This document shows, piece by piece, positions 1-8,746 of a stretch of DNA of 64,000 nt (position 1 is its first letter; every line of letters starts with the position of its first letter). Below the pieces are notes generated by a model. That model was not told the DNA's origin. It worked only from the letters and a program-made list of their open reading frames with translations, and ran no database searches. The stretch comes from an uncultured Burkholderiales bacterium. GTDB taxonomy: Bacteria > Pseudomonadota > Gammaproteobacteria > Burkholderiales > CAZDFJ01. Position numbers and translations under genes: made by a program. The DNA is taken from assembly GCA_964504875.1 (NCBI GenBank), contig CAZDFJ010000004.1:23870-87869 (forward strand), given 5' to 3'.

Positions 1-139
1 TTATAATTAAAATTAATCCAATTATGTAATAAAATCAAATTGTAAGTTTTTTATCAATAGATCAAAAAAATTGTTTTTTTTGTTGCATTGCACAGAGAAA
101 AATCCGGCACGATTTCTGTATTATTGCTTCAATCTGCTT

Positions 140-158
140 GATTATTCAATCATTATTG
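140..158. promoter_or_regulatory. Possible Fur-box-like AT-rich dyad upstream of the flavodoxin gene
   Basis: The sequence gattattcaatcattattg contains AATCATTAT, which matches the right half of the GATAATGATAATCATTATC Fur consensus. The left half matches poorly. Flavodoxins are often iron-regulated. The call is weak. Confidence 0.2.
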
Positions 159-367
159 CATCAAAATAATTTAATTATTTAGGCTGAAAAGAGAAAAAAT
201 CCAAGAACGACATTGTTTCTCTCTGTTCGCATAAATAAAAAAACAGCATACACGAAAAAAGATACAAAAAAAATATCTTTATAATTCTTTTCGTATCATA
301 TATTTTAGTGTATCTTATAAAGAAAAATACTTATTCGACAAGATAATTTATTCCGTGGGCAAAAAAT

Positions 368-820
368 ATGGCAAATATTCTCATTCTTGTTGGGACTGAA
401 TCAGGCAATGCGCAAATGGTTGCTGACTATCTTGATGAAGTGCTCACAAAAATCGGACATAACATTGAAATTATTTCTGAAGAGGCAGAAGCCGCTGCAA
501 TTGATTTTCCAGATCGTGAAGTGGTTTTGATTTGTACGTCAACGCATGGTGATGGTGAATTGCCGGATTGTCTTATTCCGCTTTATGAAAGTTTGAAAGC
601 TGATCAGCCTGATTTATCCAATATTCGTTATGGGGTGATTGCATTGGGGGATCAGACTTATAGTCAAACATTCTGTCAAGCTGGAAAAGATATGGATAAA
701 ATTTTTGCAACATGTGGTGCACAAAAAGTGGGAGAGCGTCTAGAAATTGATGCTTGTACACAACCTTTGCCGGATGAAGATGCAGCGACATGGGCAAAAG
801 AATGGGTTACATTACTGTAA
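368..820 (+). CDS. mioC: MioC-like short-chain flavodoxin (FMN-binding)
   Basis: The 150-aa product carries LVGTESGNAQ (FMN phosphate loop), TSTHGDGELPD and YGVIALGDQTY. It is colinear with E. coli MioC as recalled. Confidence 0.75.
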   Translation: MANILILVGTESGNAQMVADYLDEVLTKIGHNIEIISEEAEAAAIDFPDREVVLICTSTHGDGELPDCLIPLYESLKADQPDLSNIRYGVIALGDQTYSQTFCQAGKDMDKIFATCGAQKVGERLEIDACTQPLPDEDAATWAKEWVTLL

Positions 821-859
821 AAATAAAAAACGAAAAAATTAAAGATGGAGAGATTTTTC

Positions 860-2539
860 ATGGCAACAAATTTTTTTGAAAAACATCAAACAACATTAGC
901 GGGTGCATTAAAAGCGATTCAGGAACGTAATTTCTTTTCGCCTTATTCAGAAATGCCTAGTCCAAAAATTTATGGTGAAACGGCAAAAGATGAGGCAGAA
1001 GCAAATTTTAAAGCTTGGTTACATCAAGATTTTCCATTGGAGCTAGCAGGCACAATCGGGAAAGTCGGGAAAGAAACGTCTCCATTTGGTTTTGAGTTAG
1101 CAATTCACTATCCACGTGTGGATGTGGATCAAACAATTCAAGCTGCCCAAGTGGCAATGCAAACATGGAGCAAAGCCTCTGTAGACGTCCGTGCGGGCGT
1201 TTGCTTAGAAATTTTAGATCGTTTAAACAAGAAAAGTTTTGAAATCGCTTTTGCAGTGCAACATACAACGGGTCAAGCTTTTTTGATGTCTTTTCAAGCC
1301 GGTGGACCGCATGCGCAAGATCGTGGGTTAGAGGCGCTTGCATATGCTTATGCGGCGATGAAACGCGTTCCAGAAACGGCCTATTGGGAGAAGCCTCAAG
1401 GCAAAAATCCTCCTTTACAAATGAACAAAAAATTTAACCTGATCCCAAGAGGTATTGGGTTGATTATTGGGTGTTGTACTTTCCCAACCTGGAACACTTA
1501 TTCAGCGCTTTTTGCTAATTTAGCCACTGGAAATGCGGTTTTAATGAAACCCCATACAGGTTCTATTCTACCTGTTGCTATTACGATTAAGATTATTCGT
1601 GAAGTCCTGACAGAAGCGGGGTTTGATCCTAATTTAGTGACAATGGTTGCGAATAATCCAGGTGAGCCGGCTGCCTCTGCTTTGGCAGTGCGCCCAGAAG
1701 TCAAAATTATTGACTTTACAGGAAGTTCTAAAAATGGGTTGTGGCTTGAGGAAAATGCAAAGCAAGCGCTTGTTTTTACTGAAAAAGCAGGGGTCAATTG
1801 TGTAGTGATTGACAGCACAGATGATTTTAAAGGAATGATACGTAATATTGCGTTTTCTTTAAGTTTATATACTGGGCAAATGTGTACTGCTCCCCAAAAT
1901 TTTTATATTCCAAAAGAGGGAATTCAAGCAGGGGATCAGCATTTAAGTTTTGAAGAAGTTGTGCAAGGTATCGCAGAAGGTGTAACCAAATTCTTGGATA
2001 AATTAGGACCCAATGCGGTAGAAGTATTAGGCGCCGTGCAAAATGAAGGGGTTTTAGATCGTGTCAAAAAAGCCGCGACATTAGGTGAAGTTGCGCTGGA
2101 AAGCCGCGCATTGGATCATCCAGTTTTTCCAAATGCCCGGGTTGCGACTCCATTGATTATTAAATTAACAAGCCAAGATCAAGATAAATTTATGGAAGAA
2201 TGGTTTGGGCCAGTTTCTTTCATGATTGCGACAGAAAATACAGCAGAAAGTTTGCGCTTGGCTGCAACCGGTTCAAAAGAACACGGGGCGATTACCATGG
2301 CAGTATATTCTCAGGATGATGCAGTTTTAGCACAAGCAGAAGAAGCAGCTATTGAGGGAGGCGTGGCTTTGTCTTGCAATTTGACAGGGGGCGTTTTTGT
2401 CAATCAATCTGCTGCATTTAGTGATTATCACGTTTCTGGAGCCAATCCTGCAGGCAATGCTTGCTTATCTGATGATGCTTTCGTCGCAAGTCGCTTCCGC
2501 GTTGTGCAAGTCCGCGCACATCCAAAAGCTAACGCTTAA
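860..2539 (+). CDS. paaN: PaaN-type NAD(P)-dependent aldehyde dehydrogenase (ring-opening / semialdehyde dehydrogenase family)
   Basis: The product is a ~560-aa ALDH-superfamily protein. It has a catalytic Cys context YTGQMCTAPQNFYIP and the N-terminal FFSPYSEMPSPKIYGE typical of PaaN-like proteins. The ORF track starts at 845, but the GGAGAG RBS favours the ATG at 860. Confidence 0.7.
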   Translation: MATNFFEKHQTTLAGALKAIQERNFFSPYSEMPSPKIYGETAKDEAEANFKAWLHQDFPLELAGTIGKVGKETSPFGFELAIHYPRVDVDQTIQAAQVAMQTWSKASVDVRAGVCLEILDRLNKKSFEIAFAVQHTTGQAFLMSFQAGGPHAQDRGLEALAYAYAAMKRVPETAYWEKPQGKNPPLQMNKKFNLIPRGIGLIIGCCTFPTWNTYSALFANLATGNAVLMKPHTGSILPVAITIKIIREVLTEAGFDPNLVTMVANNPGEPAASALAVRPEVKIIDFTGSSKNGLWLEENAKQALVFTEKAGVNCVVIDSTDDFKGMIRNIAFSLSLYTGQMCTAPQNFYIPKEGIQAGDQHLSFEEVVQGIAEGVTKFLDKLGPNAVEVLGAVQNEGVLDRVKKAATLGEVALESRALDHPVFPNARVATPLIIKLTSQDQDKFMEEWFGPVSFMIATENTAESLRLAATGSKEHGAITMAVYSQDDAVLAQAEEAAIEGGVALSCNLTGGVFVNQSAAFSDYHVSGANPAGNACLSDDAFVASRFRVVQVRAHPKANA

Positions 2540-2553
2540 CCTTCAAAAATAAT

Positions 2554-2617
2554 AAAAGCACTCTTTTTGTATAAATCCGCTTTAAAAATAAAGCAGATTA
2601 GGGGGTGCTTTTTTTTG
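2554..2617 (+). terminator. Probable Rho-independent terminator after the aldehyde dehydrogenase gene
   Basis: An outer stem pairs AAAAGCAC with GTGCTTTT. It encloses an inner hairpin GCTTTA/TAAAGC and is followed by a T-run. Confidence 0.45.
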
Positions 2618-2656
2618 CAAAAAATTGTCAATTAAAACAAAAATGGAGACAAAACA

Positions 2657-3433
2657 ATGTGTTATGAATTTATTTTGGTCGAAACACACGGAAAAGTTGG
2701 TTTAATTCAATTTAATCGTCCAAAGGTTTTAAATGCATTAAGTGAGTCATTAATGGCAGAAGTGAGTGACGCTTTATTCAAATTTGAAGCGGACCCAGAA
2801 ATTGGCGCGATTGTTTTGACTGGAAATGAAAAAGCTTTTGCAGCGGGGGCAGATATCGGGGCGATGAAAGATTGGAATTATGCAGATGTCTATAATCGTG
2901 ATTATGTGACGCTTATTTGGGAAGATATGATTCGTATTCGTAAGCCTGTTATTGCGGCCGTTGCTGGTTTTGCATTGGGTGGCGGCTGCGAAGTCGCGAT
3001 GATGTGTGATTTTATCATTGCCGCTGATAATGCTGAGTTTGGACAACCTGAAGTGTCTATAGGAACGATGCCGGGTTTGGGTGGGACGCAACGTTTAACA
3101 CGTTTGGTTGGGAAATCTAAAGCAATGGATATGTGTTTAACGGGCCGACGAATTGATGCGACTGAAGCAGAAAGAATTGGCTTAGTGAGTCGTATTGTGA
3201 CAAAAGAATTGTTAAAAGAAGAAGCAATTAAGATTGCGGCACAAATTGCAAGTTTTTCTCAACCTGTTGTGAAAATGATTAAAGAATCTGTGAATCGTAG
3301 TTATGAAATGACATTAAAAGAAGGATTATTATTTGAACGTCGGGCGTTACATGCAACTTTTGGGCTCGAGGATCAAAAAGAAGGAATGAATGCGTTCATA
3401 GAAAAACGTCGTCCCCAGTTTAAAAATAGATAA
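2657..3433 (+). CDS. Enoyl-CoA hydratase (crotonase family)
   Basis: The 258-aa product carries the crotonase signatures FAAGADIGAM and GFALGGGCEVAMMCDF. A GGAGA RBS precedes the start. Confidence 0.85.
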   Translation: MCYEFILVETHGKVGLIQFNRPKVLNALSESLMAEVSDALFKFEADPEIGAIVLTGNEKAFAAGADIGAMKDWNYADVYNRDYVTLIWEDMIRIRKPVIAAVAGFALGGGCEVAMMCDFIIAADNAEFGQPEVSIGTMPGLGGTQRLTRLVGKSKAMDMCLTGRRIDATEAERIGLVSRIVTKELLKEEAIKIAAQIASFSQPVVKMIKESVNRSYEMTLKEGLLFERRALHATFGLEDQKEGMNAFIEKRRPQFKNR

Positions 3434-3455
3434 TTGACATTAAAACAAAAAATAA

Positions 3456-3491
3456 AAACACACAGAAAGTCAAAATCTGTGTGTTTTTTTT
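3456..3491 (+). terminator. Bidirectional Rho-independent terminator
   Basis: The stem pairs AACACACAG with CTGTGTGTT. An A-run lies upstream and a T-run downstream, between convergent genes. Confidence 0.7.
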
Positions 3492-3511
3492 ATTGAAAAT
3501 TATAATAATTT

Positions 3512-3880
3512 TTATGTTGTAATCAGACATTGTTTGATTGCTGACTTTTTTATAAGATTTTCCATATTTTTAGGAAGATAAACCAGTTGAAGTTGTTTTC
3601 CTTGGCGTTTCAAAAAAAAGTGGAGCTCTTGTAAAATGCCAAAACACATGCTGTCAATTAATTTAATTTTTGTAAAGTTAATCCGCAAAATTTGATGGCC
3701 ATTCATTTCGTTTTCAAAAATATGACTTAAGTATTTCCGAAATAAATAAAGCGTATCGTGTGTAAAACGCCCATGAATAAAGAGTTCAACGAGGTTTAAT
3801 GTTGCGTCACAACGCACAGATAATGAAAAAACTGTATTTTTAAATAAGAGGCGTGAATTGGGATCACTATTTGAACACAT
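3512..3880 (-). CDS. Single-domain STAS protein (anti-sigma-factor-antagonist-like), paralog 1
   Basis: The 122-aa product aligns along its whole length with the ORFs at 4720..5142 and 3962..4335. Shared blocks are G(R)xTxDxLxLFRxY, NEM, IDSxxFG and GKxLxL. The putative phospho-acceptor Ser is retained (LIDSMCFG). An AAGGAAG RBS is present. Confidence 0.7.
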   Translation of the reverse strand: MCSNSDPNSRLLFKNTVFSLSVRCDATLNLVELFIHGRFTHDTLYLFRKYLSHIFENEMNGHQILRINFTKIKLIDSMCFGILQELHFFLKRQGKQLQLVYLPKNMENLIKKSAIKQCLITT

Positions 3881-3961
3881 CTTTCTGTCTTCCTTTTATT
3901 ACAAATGTAAAAATATAAAATAATTGATCAAGTAGAGAGTGTGAAATAATTTGCGGAGAAG

Positions 3962-4335
3962 TTACGGAGGCGGGCAAGGAAAAGAAGAATGTGTGTGAAT
4001 AATAAGGGCACTCTGCCTTAATGAAGTATGAAGAAATAATTTTTCTAAATGACGAGGCAGATTTTTAAATTGAAGGGATTTAGATTGTCCGTCTAATAAA
4101 CAATCAAGTTGGATAGCAAAGCCAAAGAAGGTAATGTCAATACCAATTGCGTGTGTGAGGTCAATCATCAGTGTGTGTGCTTTCTCCATTATTTCAGAGT
4201 TCACAACACAATGGATTTGATGCTTGAAAAGCCGAAAGTTGACGAAATTGAGTTCGCCATGTACGGAAATAGTAGCTACCCCCCCCCCCCCATGGGATTT
4301 TGACCAATTATTTTTAGTATAAATTGACTATTCAT
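3962..4335 (-). pseudogene. STAS paralog 3, frame-disrupted at a poly-G tract (phase-variable gene or frameshifted pseudogene)
   Basis: The ATG at 4335 reads MNSQFILKIIGQNPMGGGG and then hits TAG at 4278..4276. The STAS body (VATISVHGELNFVNFRLFKHQ... to the stop at 3962) is open in the adjacent frame from 4327. Adding 1 G or removing 2 G restores a ~124-aa protein colinear with the paralogs. Confidence 0.7.
4279..4291 (-). repeat. Homopolymeric tract, 13 x G on the coding (minus) strand
   Basis: Direct count gives c at 4279-4280, ten c at 4281-4290 and c at 4291. The plus-strand antisense ORF translation YPPPPMGF confirms the run. It is by far the longest G/C homopolymer I found in the window. 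Confidence 0.95.
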
Positions 4336-4657
4336 TTCTTTTTTTATAAAATAAAAATAGTTCTACAATCAATAGGACACAAATTAAATTGATTATAAGC
4401 ATAAATTGCAGAATGTAAACAAAAAATTGTTTATAAATTTAATAAAAATAGTATTTTAATTGTAAATATCTTTTTTATTTTAGCTAATATAAACATTTAA
4501 TTAAAATAAATTAATAAAATAGATAATATTTATTATTATTTAATGAAACTATTTTTTTGAAAATCTCAATATTTAAAAAAAGAAAAAATGCCAGAAAGAA
4601 ATTTATTTTTATAAAAAATATAAAATAAAAAGAGATGTTTTGATGAGAATTAAATAA

Positions 4658-4689
4658 AAAAACAGCAAAATAAATTTTGCTGTTTTTTG
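4658..4689 (-). terminator. Rho-independent terminator downstream of STAS paralog 2
   Basis: The stem pairs CAGCAAAA with TTTTGCTG and is flanked by A/T runs on both sides. Confidence 0.6.
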
Positions 4690-4719
4690 TAAGAAATTAA
4701 AGCAGAAGTCTCTATTTGT

Positions 4720-5142
4720 TTACCAAGGGAGCCATGTATTCTGTTTTTTTTCTGTGATAGGCCGAGAATCATCCAATACAACGCAGGCATTAAAAGGAGA
4801 GTTTAATAAAAGTTCACGTGTATTTTCAGGAGGGTTAAGGATTTTGAGCTTTTTCCCCGCCTTTTCTAAAGTCCGATAAAGATGAATAACCATACCGAAA
4901 CCTGTACTGTCAATATGATCGGTCAGATTGCAATCAATCAACAAGGTGTGATGTTGTGGCATTTCGTTATCAAGCAAGTAAGTGGTATAGCGTCGGAAAA
5001 GTGATAAATTATCATAAGTCAATCTTCCTGTTACAATAAGCTTGAGCATATCATCTTCAATCATATGGGAAAGAATGAGTGATTGAGACTGAAAACAATT
5101 ATAAAGTCCCACATCAAAAGTATGAAAAGATAAGTTATTCAT
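4720..5142 (-). CDS. Single-domain STAS protein (anti-sigma-factor-antagonist-like), paralog 2
   Basis: The 140-aa product has the STAS core LLIDCNLTDHIDSTGFGMVIHLYRTLEKAGKKLKIL with the conserved DS(T/S)G phospho-acceptor motif. A GAGGGGA RBS is present. An extended -10-like TGCTAGAAT lies on the minus strand at 5188..5196. Confidence 0.75.
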   Translation of the reverse strand: MNNLSFHTFDVGLYNCFQSQSLILSHMIEDDMLKLIVTGRLTYDNLSLFRRYTTYLLDNEMPQHHTLLIDCNLTDHIDSTGFGMVIHLYRTLEKAGKKLKILNPPENTRELLLNSPFNACVVLDDSRPITEKKQNTWLPW

Positions 5143-5323
5143 GATTCGTCCCCTCGTGTTTTTATTTAAATCGGCATTATTTGTGTTATTCTAGCATAAA
5201 TAACCCTATAAATATAGCAAAAAAAACAAAAAATGCTAATTTATCTCAAATAAAAAATAAATTTTCAAAAAATATAATTGGTTTTTTTAGAAAAAATTAT
5301 TTTTTTCAATTTTCAATAAAAAA

Positions 5324-5350
5324 AACTCTATCTAAAAAAAAGATAGAGTT
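5324..5350 (-). terminator. Rho-independent terminator of the ilvE/zf-CHCC transcription unit
   Basis: A perfect 10-bp stem pairs AACTCTATCT with AGATAGAGTT. A/T runs flank it. Confidence 0.65.
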
Positions 5351-5394
5351 TTAATAAAAATTTCTGAACAACATAAATAGAAGAACAGAAAAGA

Positions 5395-5592
5395 TTAATG
5401 ATGTCCTTTTAAGACAATCCCTTCTTTTAACTTATATTTTGTGCCGCAATATGGACATGTTGCCTCACCCCGTTCAACTGGAATAAACACACGAGGATGC
5501 GCATCCCACAAATCCATGTTGGGCATAGGACAGTGAAGCGGTAAATCTTTTTCAGTCACTTCAATAATACGTTCTGTGATTTTTTCTGCCAT
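5395..5592 (-). CDS. zf-CHCC zinc-finger protein (NDUFS6-like)
   Basis: The 65-aa product carries LHCPMP...CPYCGTKY, the CHCC metal-ligand pattern. It lies immediately downstream of ilvE, as is common in betaproteobacteria. Confidence 0.7.
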   Translation of the reverse strand: MAEKITERIIEVTEKDLPLHCPMPNMDLWDAHPRVFIPVERGEATCPYCGTKYKLKEGIVLKGHH

Positions 5593-5615
5593 TTTTTTTG
5601 TCCAATAAAGTCAAA

Positions 5616-6542
5616 TTATTTCTGAACGTAAGCTAACCAATTTTTCTCGGCGCAAGCTTGCCCTCGCACTGCTTTAAAGAAAATATCTTGCAATTTTGTT
5701 GTAATGGGGCCCCGTTTTCCTTGCCCAATTTGACGATGATCTAACTCGCGAATAGGCGTGATTTCTGCCGCTGTTCCTGTAAAAAAGGCTTCGTCTGCCG
5801 TATAGACTTCATCACGGGTAATGCGTTTTTCAATGACAGGAATACCTAAATCGGCTGCGATTTCGATAACAGAAGCGCGGGTAATGCCTTCTAAACAAGA
5901 AGTTAAATCTGGCGTATATAATTTGCCTTTTTTAACAATAAAAACATTTTCGCCTGAACCTTCAGCAACAAAACCGTCCACATCTAATAATAAAGCTTCG
6001 TCGTAAGCATCTGTGGCTGCTTCTTGGTGCGCCAAAATGGAATTAGCATATGTTGTAACAGATTTTGCACGACACATATTCACATTCACATGATGACGCG
6101 AGAAAGACGAAGTTTTAACACGAATTCCACTTTCTAATGCTTCAGGACCTAAATAAGCGCCCCAGTACCATGCTGCAACCGCAACGTGTACGCTTAATGT
6201 TTTGGCGGAAATGCCCATTGCTTCGGAGCCATAAAATGCGATAGGGCGAATATAAGCAGATTGCAAATTATTTTCACGCACGACATCTAAATGCGCTTGA
6301 TTAATAATTTCTTTGTCGAACGGCATTTTCATTCCGAAAATGTGTGCAGAATTAAACAAGCGATCAGTGTGATCTTGTAAGCGAAAAATTGCAGGACCGT
6401 TTGTAGTTTCGTATGCGCGAACGCCTTCAAAAACGCCCATTCCATAATGTAATGTATGGGTTAAAACATGGGTTTTCGCATCGCGCCAAGGAACCATTTG
6501 GCCATCAAGCCAAATAAGGCCGTCTTTATCTGCCATTGACAT
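5616..6542 (-). CDS. ilvE: Branched-chain amino acid aminotransferase (class IV)
   Basis: The 308-aa product carries VFEGVRAY, EGSGENVF, GITR and FFTGTAAEITPI. Confidence 0.9.
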   Translation of the reverse strand: MSMADKDGLIWLDGQMVPWRDAKTHVLTHTLHYGMGVFEGVRAYETTNGPAIFRLQDHTDRLFNSAHIFGMKMPFDKEIINQAHLDVVRENNLQSAYIRPIAFYGSEAMGISAKTLSVHVAVAAWYWGAYLGPEALESGIRVKTSSFSRHHVNVNMCRAKSVTTYANSILAHQEAATDAYDEALLLDVDGFVAEGSGENVFIVKKGKLYTPDLTSCLEGITRASVIEIAADLGIPVIEKRITRDEVYTADEAFFTGTAAEITPIRELDHRQIGQGKRGPITTKLQDIFFKAVRGQACAEKNWLAYVQK

Positions 6543-7034
6543 AATTTTCTACCAATTAAAAATTAAAAAAAGAAAAATTATAAATATACTTATGATTAAA
6601 GATCATATCAAATTAAATTGATCATTATAGAATAGCATAAAATAAATGAATGATACAAAATCACCGTACACATTTACGATATTTTTTCAACAATAAGGCT
6701 GTTTTATTCTGAGAAAAAAAATGGTAGGACTTTAATTTAGGGAAAAATGATAAAAAAAATATATAATTTGCCTTGCGGTAAATTGCATACGTGAAGAATG
6801 TACGATAATATAACTTCTTGTTGTCTCAACACGCGTACGTCATTTTGAACTGTCTGCCCCATCAAACCCACATCACTTTTTCTGAATATTTCTGTTGAAA
6901 GATCATATTAGAATTTTTAATAGGGGAAGACGTGAAAACAAAATAGGCGCGCCACCAAATAATCAGAAAATATGAGTTCGTCATATTGCCACTTGTATTT
7001 TTTAAGAGCCATTCAAATATAGATAGATTGAAGC

Positions 7035-8126
7035 ATGAATGTAAATTTAGTAAATCAATTAGTGCGTCCAGAAATTTTAGCTTTGAGCGCTTATCATGTG
7101 CCTGAGAGCGCGGGCTTACTTAAAATGGATGCCATGGAAAATCCATATCAACTCCCAGAACAAGAACAAGCTCAATTAGGCGAAATTATTCAAACGGCAG
7201 AAATTAACCGTTATCCTGAACCGCATGCCCCAGCATTAAAAGCAATCATCAAAAAACAATTTGCGATTCCAGAAGAATATGATTTATTGCTGGGAAATGG
7301 TTCAGATGAAATTATTCAAATCATTGCGATGACACTGGCTCAACCCCATGCCACGATTTTAGGGGTGGAACCTAGTTTTGTGATGTACAAAATGATTGCC
7401 ACTTTTTTGCAGATGCAATATGTGGGGGTTCCTTTGCGCCTTGAGGATTTTCAATTAGATGTTCCAGCGATGCTGGCCGCTATTGAAACACATCAACCCG
7501 TAGTGATTTTCTTGTCTTACCCAAATAACCCAACAGGTAATTTGTTTGATTTAAAAGATATTAAAAAAATTATTGAGGCGACATCCGGATTAGTAGTCAT
7601 TGACGAAGCATACCATGCGTTTGCCCAAGAAAGCTTCTTAAGTGAATTAGCGCCTTATGCTGACAAAGTCGTCATTATGCGAACCCTTTCAAAATTGGGA
7701 TTAGCAGGATTGCGTTTAGGCTTTATGATGGGCCATCCCGCATGGATTCGAGAATTTGATAAAGTCCGTTTGCCCTATAATGTCAATAGTCTCACCCAAA
7801 AAGCGGCCTATTTTGCATTAGAAAAAGTCGACCTTTTGAATAATCAAGCAGCCATATTAGTTCAACAAAGAAGTGTGTTATTTGAGGCATTACAAAAATT
7901 GGGGGGCGTTCCCTTTGAAAGTCGCGCCAATTTTATTTTATGTCGTTTTCCTCATGCCGAAAATATTTTTATGCGTTTAAAAACAGATTTTCATATTTTG
8001 ATTAAATATATGGGTAAAGCGCATCCTTTCTTAGTTGATTGCTTACGTTTTACTGTGGGATCTCCTGAAGAAAATCAATTATTAATCCAAGCCTTAACCG
8101 CGATTTTGCGGGGGGAATTGTTATAA
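7035..8126 (+). CDS. hisC: Histidinol-phosphate aminotransferase
   Basis: The 363-aa product carries YPNNPTGN and [15 protein letters not shown] (PLP lysine). hisB lies immediately downstream. Confidence 0.9.
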   Translation: MNVNLVNQLVRPEILALSAYHVPESAGLLKMDAMENPYQLPEQEQAQLGEIIQTAEINRYPEPHAPALKAIIKKQFAIPEEYDLLLGNGSDEIIQIIAMTLAQPHATILGVEPSFVMYKMIATFLQMQYVGVPLRLEDFQLDVPAMLAAIETHQPVVIFLSYPNNPTGNLFDLKDIKKIIEATSGLVVIDEAYHAFAQESFLSELAPYADKVVIMRTLSKLGLAGLRLGFMMGHPAWIREFDKVRLPYNVNSLTQKAAYFALEKVDLLNNQAAILVQQRSVLFEALQKLGGVPFESRANFILCRFPHAENIFMRLKTDFHILIKYMGKAHPFLVDCLRFTVGSPEENQLLIQALTAILRGELL

Positions 8127-8140
8127 CCAAGGGTGAGTTT

Positions 8141-8743
8141 ATGAACCAATCTCCAAATCGCGTGGCCAACGTAAGTCGTTATACGCTTGAAACCCAAATT
8201 GATATTATCTTAAATTTAGATGGGACGGGCGAAGGAAATTTGTCGAGTGGTGTACCTTTTTTTGATCATATGCTTGATCAAATTGTTCGACATGGTTTGT
8301 TTGATATTACGTTAAAAGCTGTAGGGGATTTACATATTGATGCCCATCATACACTTGAAGATGTGGGTATTACCTTAGGACAAGCCTTTGCCAAGGCTGT
8401 AGGTGATAAGCGCGGTCTCGTTCGCTATGGGCACGCCTATGTGCCCTTAGATGAATCACTTTCACGCGTTGTAATTGATTTATCAGGTCGTCCCGGTTTA
8501 TATTTCGATGCGAATTTTAGCCGTGCTACGATTGGTGAATTTGAAACGGATTTGATTTACGAATTTTTTCAAGGCTTTGTGAATCATGCAAATGTAACCT
8601 TACATATTGACAATCTCAAAGGCAGAAATGCGCATCATCAAGCCGAAACCATTTTTAAAGCATTTGGACGCGCCTTGCGAATGGCAGTGAGTTTTGATTC
8701 GCGCGCCCAACATTTAATCCCATCTACTAAAGGAAGTTTGTAA
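8141..8743 (+). CDS. hisB: Imidazoleglycerol-phosphate dehydratase
   Basis: The 200-aa product carries the IGPD signatures [11 protein letters not shown] and GRNAHHQAE. Confidence 0.9.
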   Translation: MNQSPNRVANVSRYTLETQIDIILNLDGTGEGNLSSGVPFFDHMLDQIVRHGLFDITLKAVGDLHIDAHHTLEDVGITLGQAFAKAVGDKRGLVRYGHAYVPLDESLSRVVIDLSGRPGLYFDANFSRATIGEFETDLIYEFFQGFVNHANVTLHIDNLKGRNAHHQAETIFKAFGRALRMAVSFDSRAQHLIPSTKGSL

Positions 8744-8746
8744 TTT

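Noticed and set aside
4109-4303. A 64-aa plus-strand ORF ending in a poly-proline run (YPPPPMGF).
   Set aside because: It is antisense to the STAS paralog, and its poly-Pro is simply the complement of the poly-G tract. It has no RBS and no recognisable fold.
6543-7034. A possible his-operon leader peptide or attenuator upstream of hisC.
   Set aside because: No run of His codons and no terminator/antiterminator pair is visible. CAT CAA ACC CAC ATC is the only His-containing stretch.
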